From NCBI RefSeq assembly GCF_006345805.1, contig NC_042999.1, positions 77,996,001 through 78,060,000 of the forward strand: a stretch of 64,000 nt of DNA. The letters run 5' to 3'. How positions within the stretch are numbered: the first letter of the stretch is position 1; the number at the start of each line of letters is the position of its first letter. The notes beneath the pieces were generated by a model. It was not told where the DNA came from, made no database searches, and saw only the letters and a list, made by a program, of their open reading frames with translations. Shown here in pieces: positions 54,701 to 64,000 of the stretch. This stretch comes from Octopus sinensis (taxonomy: Eukaryota). The position numbers and the translations under genes were made by a program.

Positions 54701-57237
54701 GGTCGTGATATTAGCCACTTACAAAGAACAAGAGCAACCCTTAAAGTTACTCAAGAATCTATCATACTTCTTGGTGTCTGCACAATACTAAATTTTCATC
54801 TATGCTACTTCTATTAAAGATCTGTCCTTTTCTCTGATGAAAGAGTCTAACACACATAATTCCTTACTCATAAATTTTATTTACTTTCAAGAGCTAAAAT
54901 AAATCTATTTTCCTGGATTTCAAATTTTCTAGTAACTACTGATTTCACAAGAGAGCAAAGCTTCTGTCTTTATTCAGAAAGTGTTCATAATATATTTTAA
55001 ACCCAATTTCAAAATAGTTTATATAAAACTGATATGCACTACTATGCAATCTTTTAATGCTCATTTATCCATGATAGAATGGATCAGATAAATTTGTAAT
55101 CTTGAAGACTTCTACACACTCTTACACATTTTTAAAGAAGGGACAACAGAATACGACTATTTTATAAAGTCAAACCATTTTGACTAATTTTCTCAAAGTA
55201 TTAAATGAAGTTTCTTTGTTGTATAGTATCCTAAATATACATTATATTTTTATTATCAGTGAAGTTAGAAATCAGCTGATTAAGTCAAATCAAATGGCCT
55301 ACTCAATAGCTCCAAAACAACTAGAATCCCTTCCTCTAAGATAAGTTTCTTTTTATGAACATCACGAAAGATAAGAAACAGATACCATTATGTATTGTAA
55401 GATTACACAATACATAGAGAAAATACGACAATGAAAATGTAATATAAACATGAATAGGAAGCTGTTATATTCAACAGAACAGAAAATGAACACAAAATTT
55501 AAAAATTGATCATTTATAACAAAAAATTAACCAATAATTTATAGTATTCTCCATGTCCTTAAGTTAAATTTTCAATAAATTTCTACCGTTTTATTTTACT
55601 TTACAGTTAAAAATATAGCTAACTTCATCATTCATATATAATAAATCCCGATACTGATAACATGAATGAAAAAGAAATTAAAATGCAATAACAGGTAAGT
55701 CTGGAAAAGGTTTGTTTCCAGAACATAAAATTTATAAAATCAATACAGATGATCCAAAAATTCAATAAAACCATTTTCTAAAAAGAAAAGTGCGTGTGTA
55801 TGTGTTGGGGAGGGGGAGAGATTCTATATGAATCAGGTTTTAAAGTAAACAATCTGAATTGCAGTGACTGAGAATAAATAAATTGCTGTTATCAAAAGTC
55901 ATCCAAACAATACTATTTGAAGAGCTTTGAATGACAGTTACTTTCAAAGTAATTTTAAAATCACTATTGAGTTAAGCTTCAAAGAAACCAAATACACTCA
56001 ATTTTCAGTTGAACCCAGTTAATTATTCAAATAGTGCTGTCACAGGTGGAATGGGTTTGTATAGTAGGTGAGATTCGAAATATTTAGCAATTTGAAGATG
56101 AAATTTTGAATCTGCCATCTATTCTAGAAGAGGTTGCTCAAGTTCTTCTAGAAGTTTAAAGAGATACGTCTTCCACCAGAAACAGCTCCAGTCTGCTAAA
56201 TAGAATTGTTGGAGAACAAAAACATTTATTAGACTAAACCCAGAGACAACAAAGTGCCTGCACTGAATTTGAACTCAAGATTTGAGCCAATTGTCCAAGT
56301 TACAGAGTTCAATACTGCAGGAACACTACTATTACTAACTTGGACTAAGATTTAATATACTTAAGAGCAAACACAACCAATTTATAATTGCTATTATAAT
56401 GCTATGTTTCAAAGAGGTAACTGTTAATAGGAATCTCACAAAAAGAATGCATCTAAATTGAAACCATATGCATTCAATAGAGCCTGCAAAAGCTAAACCA
56501 CATAGGAATATTTTGAATTTCCCCTTACTCCTCAATACAATATTGTTATCCTTCTGCATTTATTCAGATATCCTATAGAAAGATGGTTATTTTTAAATAT
56601 TGAACCATAAATTATTTACTCAATAATTTGATGACAAATTTAATGGGAAATAGAAGATATTAATAAAACTTCACAATCAAATATTTGGCTTCATGAATTT
56701 ATCAGTATTCTATTAAATAATAACCGAAAGAGCTGCGATAAAGTGATTTCTTTTATCTTCTGATAACAATTGAAATCCTGCAAAATTATTTGCAGTCTAG
56801 GCATGAAGGTATAAAGAAAGTATAACATGATGGCACTTTAAAGCAACTGAGATGAAAATATATTAGAAATCAATATTGATTTCTTGTACTAGCACAAGGC
56901 CTCAAATTCAGAGTTAAAGGGAAATAAAATTGTATAATAATTGTACAAGGTGTCTTTAAAAAAGGTTACAGGTAAGAAATGCCAGAAGAGGAATCTATTG
57001 ACATTAGTCCCTATTTCTGTTGTGTAGCCACAGCAATACTTGCTCAATTAGACAAAAGACTAAGCTTTAGTTTGGTCTGGAACTAAGTTGCATTTTGTGG
57101 TAGTGTTGATTCCTAAAGATTTATTATGCTAGCAGAGTTTTGTGATTGAAAAGTGTTGCAACCATGTAGTTCAGATTTGATCCCACTGAATTCTTTTTGA
57201 GAGGAATTTGGAAGGCAGAAACTGTGAGGAAACATCC

Positions 57238-57407
57238 GTGCGTGCACGCATGCGTGTGTGTACATATGCACACATGCATGTGTGTACATATGCACACATG
57301 CGTGTGTGTACATATGCACACATGCGTGTGTGTACATATGCACACATGCGTGTGTGTACATATGCACACATGCGTGTGTGTACATATGCACACATGCATG
57401 CATGTGT
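57238..57407. repeat. 24-bp minisatellite, ~6 copies, alternating purine-pyrimidine
   Basis: Unit catgcgtgtgtgtacatatgcaca. Confidence 0.93.
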
Positions 57408-58112
57408 CCATCCATCCATCCATACATACATACATGCATGCATGCATACATGCATGCATGCATGTGCATATACCTGGTAGATTTATCAGAAGCTAAAGCT
57501 TCTTGAATCATCACTGCACTTGCTGTTACTGATCAATCAGACATAAGAATGTATATATGTAAGGGCATACTATACATATATGTGTGTGTCTGCGTTATTA
57601 TTTTATGGGCAAATTTTAAAATAACAGATTTGCTGAGGTGGAGACTAAAAGTAAAGTGGCAGGGGTGGGGTGAGGGTTATAAAATTCATTTTGTCTGCCA
57701 AGCAGAAAACTATAAGATGGTTGAAAGTTTATAGAGAACCATGAAATATATAATTTCTTTTGAAACATTTGATTTTTTATTTAGATGGTGTAAAAGTGCA
57801 GTCTTAGGAGACATCACCAACAAAAGCTATAATCCTTCTTAGTTACTTGTTAACTCTTTGATATAAAATGAAAAATAATAGACAACACTCAAAGTAACAA
57901 TTCTAACTATAGAAAGAAATCAAAGACAAACTATTTATAATGTTATTCTGCTATAGTACAACTATGTTAGTAAAGCTTTAGCAAATCTTAATTTTCATAC
58001 AAGAGAAAAGTTCATATGGCTAGATTCAAATCCACAGTCTTATTGAGCAAAGTATAGGAACAGCACTATTAAGTTAGGGTGAGTTATGGATTAAATAATA
58101 AAACAGTAGTAT

Positions 58113-58260
58113 AGGCAGACATGGCTATACAGTTAAAGAGTATGCTTTGAAATCATGTGGTTCTTGGTTCAGTCCCACAGTGTAGCACCTTAGGCAAAAG
58201 TCTTCAGCTGTAGCCTTGAGTTGGTTAATGCATTAAGTGAAATTTCCTAGACAAAACCTG
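58113..58260 (+). mobile_element. Degenerate tRNA/CORE-like SINE head
   Basis: ggcagacatggct..ggttcagtcccacagtgtagcaccttaggcaaaagtcttc. Confidence 0.65.
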
Positions 58261-60319
58261 TGTGTGAGAAAGAGAGAGGTAGGGGAGACAAGCAGACAGG
58301 AACAATATGGAAGTCCATCGTGTGTGTGTGTGTACATACTTATGCTGCATAAAACCAGTGGTCTCTAACATAATGGTTTGAGAAATATAGATTGACAAAA
58401 TAATTACTAAACTTTAATTACTTGAGTCAAAATGCTTAAAGGCATTGGCCTCAGTGTTGCTATAATCCAATAACTGGTTAAAGACTAAATGGAAAAGTAC
58501 ATAAATACCATTATTTAATTATTTCTATTGCAATAATTATTATATTTACAAACATGTTTGACAAGATTGTATTTTTAGTTACACCCTGACTCCCACTTAC
58601 CCATTACATATGTATTTTATATTTACATATGTATTATACACAAATACATATGATCTTAGTTATTTTGCTACAAGAATGGGGAAAATGCTATTTTATGTAT
58701 TTAGATAGACTTCAAAATACTTTAAATAAAGCGAGGAGAATAAGAAAACAAGATGATTAAAGATACTGTTGACATTAACTTTGCTACATCTTAATTCTTC
58801 CCTTCTCCTCATCTCTCTTTGTGTTTAAAATTCTGTATCGCTTTTACCTTCTTTCTCTTGTATTCTGTCTTTCTTTCACTCCTTCCCTTTCACTCTATTT
58901 CTCTCTCCCCGTGCATCTTTCTCCAATTAAGTTACTTCCCTTAATATTACAAAAACGTAGGTAGGAATATACTCTTGTACTAGTGTGTGTGTGTGTGTGT
59001 TGCTAACACAAAGAGAAAAATACTAATAAGCCAGCACTTTTGTCCAAATGCTTTGTGGCAATTGTTCTACTGAATTGTACAGAACCCATTTGTAATTCAC
59101 ATCCTGTTGGAAACCTAAAGTCAACAACTTTTATTGTTCACAAAAAGCAATATTAAAAAACAAATATAAATTACAAAAATAGTATATGATAGTGCGCTCT
59201 CTTAAATATCACAAGGTATAAATTTCTAAATATGTATACTATTTAAACATGTTTATCTCACATTTGCTCTTTCTCCCAGGATCATAAGCAAGACAAAACT
59301 CTAAAATGAGCTGAATGTTTGCAATAATTTACTGAGAAGTGATACAAAAATTTAATGGAAACAGAATAAAGATCTCAAATGTAAAAGATGTAGAAGAAAT
59401 TCAATTTTATGTTGATATTTTAAATTTCTAACTGTCTACAAGCAAAACTAAACATAAAGGAAAGAAAATACTTAACATATTATTTTCCAAAGAGTACAAA
59501 GGTTTTGATGAGAACAAGCTTTTAAAACTATCAAGTGATCTGTACTGCAAGGAAAACCATTCACCTCTTGGCTTAAAGTTATATTGATCTTAGAAAATTT
59601 ATCTACTGCAAGTATCTATTCTTAAGGAAGGTAAACAAACCAAAGCAAGTAGGATTAAGAGTCGTTGTTCAAAGATACAACAAAACATCTATTGTTGAGT
59701 ATTAACAACAGTATCTGGCCATTTTGTCTACTAATATCTGATTTCTTTTTTTAAAATCTAATTCAACCACAAACTAAAACTAAGATTCCCATGAACAATG
59801 TTTCACAGCTAATTGAAGTTCTAAAAAAGACAAAGTTTCATACAGAGATTCTATAAATGTCAATTAGTTTAACTGTAATAAAGGCTTGATAATTCAATGA
59901 ACTGTCAACCATAATAACAGAAAGAATAGCACTGCATTAAGAAAATATAAATGCTTCATAGAAATCTTAATGGTCAGCGTTTAGTTTATTTCAAGACATT
60001 TAGAAGATGAAGAATAAAACTTCTCAATACAACACTATCACAAATAATATTCCCATTAGATGGGATAAAGTGGGACCGGGCCTGAATATTCAATAACAGT
60101 GTATTTGAATGCAATGACATGAATTAGTCATAGAATCCTACTCACATTATCAGATGAGTTTAAAATAGGGAAGAAAATCAAGATGGAAACCTGTATCATA
60201 AGAGCCCCACTCACTACGCCCAATGAATTGAATTAATGTGAGTAAACTGTAGTCTTCATTCATAATTGTATATTGGGTAAAAAAAAATTAGAACAAGATA
60301 GCACCAAGATACATTTCAT

Positions 60320-60700
60320 CTGGTGTGTGTGTTCGTGCATTTCAATCACTTAAAATGGAGAGGAGTTGTGGAAGACGGAGCCCCAGGATGACATGGGACA
60401 AAGTTTTGAAGGCCAATCTCAAAACGTTAAACCTTACAAAGGGGATGACAAAGGACTGGGATATGTGGTGCATTGCTGTACTTGAGAAGACCCACACACC
60501 ACAACAAAATTGAGATCCTAAAACCAAGTGCCACATAAAAAGCACCCAGTACATTCTGTGGAGTGGTCAATGTTAGGAAGGGCATCCACCCATAGAATCC
60601 AAGCCAAGACTATAGAACTTAGTGCAGTTCCTGCTCTTATCAGTTATGGTCAAGCCATGTAACTTATGCCAGCAGACAGGAATATGGTATTAAACTACTA
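60320..60700 (+). mobile_element. Old RTE LINE 3' end
   Basis: SLKMERSCGRRSPRMTWDKVLKANLKTLNLTKGMTKDWDMWCIAVLEKT, then gttaggaagggcatcc tail. Confidence 0.82.
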
Positions 60701-61623
60701 TCAAGGGACTTAAGTAGATTGAAATGGCATTGTATTTTCTAGGGTTATTCAAAATACAGAATAATATTCTTCTATTTTTATTTAACTAAACTGGAAACCA
60801 AGTGAAATATAATTTAAAGTTTAAAACAGTGGTTGAGTAGTACCTGTAACAAAGGAACAAAAAAAAAAAAAAACAAGGAAATAACTTTGCTGGAAATGTC
60901 AAGGTAAGTATTGTTGAATTCTTTGTTGGTGACATGACATTTAAAATGAACTGGGTTAATGCATTCTACATTAGAATATTAAATAGGAAATAGTCTAATT
61001 TGAAAGATGAAAAATACTATAAAAAGTTAATAGCAAAATGTCCTTAGGGTTGTATCTCAACTTCAATCTTACTATGGTTAAGTGCAATTAATTTCTTTTT
61101 TCTACAAAACTTCTTCAGGAATAGCTCTAAGATAGATAAAGCAATGATATATGAAAGATTGTTCATTGAACAAGAAGCCATCTTATTAAGAGATCATTAT
61201 CTAACATTTACTCTTTCAAGGAGAAAGAATATCTATGACACAGCAGCAGCCTTTTAAGTCTAGAGCCTATTTTCCATATACAGACAGCATAGGAGACAAC
61301 CAATTAGTAAAAGCCAATACCATAACTTGATATTAGACCATTTCAGCATCAAATCCCCATCTAAATTTTTATAAATGTTCACAGATTAAATGAAGTTTTT
61401 CAAATTTTATAAATAGGAAACGACAGACTTTAACCCTTTAGCATTTAAGCTGGCCATATCCAGTCAAAATATTCTAATTTATGATCAAATCAGCTTAGAT
61501 TCTGGCCTTTCACACCTACGCTTTGATGTTATTCTAAAAATAAGCAATCATCATCAAAATCTCAGAGCAAACAACGTAATACATAATTAATTCAAAATCT
61601 TAACATGAAAAAATATATATATA

Positions 61624-61815
61624 TCATCATCATCATTTAACGTCCACCTTCCATGCTGGCACCAGTGGGATGGTTTGACAAGAGTCTGCACCAGACTTCT
61701 GTAAGGCAAGGTTTTTACAGCTGGATGCCCTTCCAAATGCCAACCACTTTACAGTGTGGACTGGGTACTTTTAAGTGGCACTTGCACTGACAGGGTCACC
61801 AAGTACTTACAAGAC
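61624..61815 (-). mobile_element. RTE-tail retroposon
   Basis: (cat)n-ttaacgtccaccttccatgctggca..acagctggatgcccttccaaatgccaaccac. Confidence 0.78.
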
Positions 61816-62785
61816 ACACACAAAACAAAACCTCTTCAGGGGGCATGGTAGTGAGGCAGAGACAGAAACAGGTGTCTTGCTGTCTACAACTGGGTAACCT
61901 TGTATCTCCTCTAGGAGGTATCAGGTTACTCAGCTGGAGAGAGAGAGACAGAGAGACAGAGAGAGACAGAGAGACAGACAGACAGACAGAGAGTGGGAGA
62001 CAGCAGGATAGAGATGGTGGCAAAGTGCTGGGCATACTCACAAGGGACCAAAATATACATGGGATGGTTGAGTAAGAGAGATATATAGATAGTGACAAGT
62101 ACCAGGGTATACCCTTGAGGTTTGTACTCTATAATATAAATGGCAAAATATTGCAAAAGAAGCAGGATCAGAGTGCAGAGGGGTGGAGTGAGTGGTGAAA
62201 ACCTGGGTATATATAGAGTCAGTGGGAGGGGATACCAGATAGCAATGATACAGAGGAACAGGGCTGTGAGGACAGAATTGGGGAGTGAGAGCTAGGCATG
62301 GTGTATGAAGGAGGTAATGTGAGGAAGAGATGAATAGATGTAGATTGGTTTGTAGGGGTAGGGTGTGTGAAAAGTTTTCTTGTTATGTGTGGGAGGAACA
62401 CACAGGTGGGGGGGGGCTAGTAAATAGCAATGATACAGTGAGACAGGGCATGAGTGGAACACACAGGTTGGAAGCTAGCAGAGAGCAATGATACAGTGAC
62501 ACAAGACCAGGAGGACAGGATTGGGTAGAAAGCCTAGTGCATGAAGTGTAAATGTGAGGATGTGGAGATGTAGTTAGGTTTGTTGTGCTAGAGTGTGTGA
62601 GAAATTTCCTTGTTAAGTGTGGGTGGGACACAGTGCTACTAGAATTCAGTTTTGCTGTCTATTAGGAACATGGCAGTGTACAGTATAAAGTTCGTCTGCC
62701 CTCAGATACAAGATGGAAACAATTGTAGTAATTAAAAAATAACTGTCCAACTGTACTCCTTGTTGACTCCAATTTCTTCAATTAT

Positions 62786-62871
<86 letters not shown>

Positions 62872-62880
62872 GAGAGAGAG

Positions 62881-63169
62881 AAATGGTAAGACAACAAAAG
62901 AATGAAAGAGACCTCGATATTATGTAAATAGAGGAATTTATCTGTAACTGTAATATGTGACAATTATTTGGTAGCCATGATAAAGCTCCGAGTTTTGGAT
63001 GCCAGGGTGGAAATCCACGCCGCCATCTCTTCAGTTATCTGGCCATTGGAAAGAATGCTATGAAAAAAACCATAGCATTTTTTCTGAAGGCCGGATAACT
63101 GAAGAGATGGCGGCGTGGAACTCCACCCCGGCATCCGAAACTCAGTTTTATCATGGCTACCAAATAATT

Positions 63170-63175
<6 letters not shown>
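62881..63175. mobile_element. Penelope-like element terminal repeats in inverted (foldback) arrangement, between (TA)n tracts
   Basis: Arms 62961-63062 and 63071-63170 are reverse complements (~10 substitutions plus a 2-nt indel, 8-nt spacer). Each arm carries a minimal hammerhead motif typical of PLE pLTRs. PLE assignment is inferred; no ORF present. Confidence 0.65.
63090..63157 (+). ncRNA. Minimal type I hammerhead ribozyme motif
   Basis: Stem I GAUAA (63094-98) / UUAUC (63148-52). Core CUGAAGA (63099-105). Stem II GAUGGCGGCGUGG / CCACCCCGGCAUC. GAAA (63137-40). Very short stem III AC-uca-GU. Cleavage triplet GUU (63145-47). Confidence 0.7.
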
Positions 63176-63239
<64 letters not shown>

Positions 63240-64000
63240 TGCTGATCATGCTTGCCTTTTCTCTTTTTTAAGAAAATTTTTCAGATGCTATGAATTTCAG
63301 ATATGAATAATATTTGGGAAATGCCAACATACTATAAAATGTTCTCAATTTTAGTAATTAACTATCTCTTATTTGGAACTTTTTTTTTTAAAAAAAAAAA
63401 AAAAGCTAAATCATCTTTACTTTTTAAATTTATTTTATTCTATGTTATTCAAAAAAGATTACTTTACTGACAGTTAATTAACACAGAAAGAAAAGTAATT
63501 AAACTTTTTCCATTACACTTTGAAAAGTAAATAGAAATTTAGGTAATTACAACTGTAACCAATGGCTAATTCTGAACTGTTATATATAGACATAAACATC
63601 CACCCACATTTTTTCCCTACATTAAACTTGCCTTTTTTTTCTTTTTCTTTAAGTCATTTTTTTTCATTTCTTTTCTTTTTTAAATCACTAAATTTTTGCA
63701 ATCAATAAATAATGAAATGCTATTCTTGAATTCTTAACAGAATTTTCCTATTATCTAAACACTATAGTTTATGAATTTAAATATTTAACTGTAGATTTTT
63801 CTTTATTTGAATCTAACCAGTTTGAACAGTTTTATAAATTCAGTCATTGGTATAAATTGTTGTCGTTGAAGTAAGATTTCCTTGTAAGCCAGTATATGTT
63901 GATGTTAACAAGCCAATGAACGAAATGAAAGCAGAGATATTTTTCAATTAAGCTGACTACAGCAAACAAAACAAAAAAAATGTCTCTCCAATACAGTTTA

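Overview
AT-rich, repeat-dense animal genomic DNA. The SINE, RTE and microsatellite content points to an octopus; this is inferred from repeat style, not from a search. The window lies inside one minus-strand gene for a PP2A B56/B' regulatory subunit (PPP2R5 alpha/epsilon, widerborst-like). Three coding exons are visible (31784-31683, 9509-9417, 597-467), separated by introns of 22.2 kb and 8.8 kb. No further upstream exon was found in the remaining 32 kb. The rest is intronic: tRNA-derived SINEs, 5'-truncated RTE LINEs and their tails, Tc1/mariner relics (DD34E, DD37D, mariner HTH), a MITE with perfect TIRs, two Helitron relics, two Helentron/DINE-1-like elements and long microsatellites. Nearly all ORF-track entries are repeat artefacts. 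The most notable structure is a ~210-bp foldback at 62961-63170 whose arms each carry a Penelope-type minimal hammerhead ribozyme motif. The core is intact on the strand antisense to the host gene and doubly mutated on the host-sense strand. I see no solid evidence for a wholly new biological system. Coordinates of degenerate repeats are approximate.
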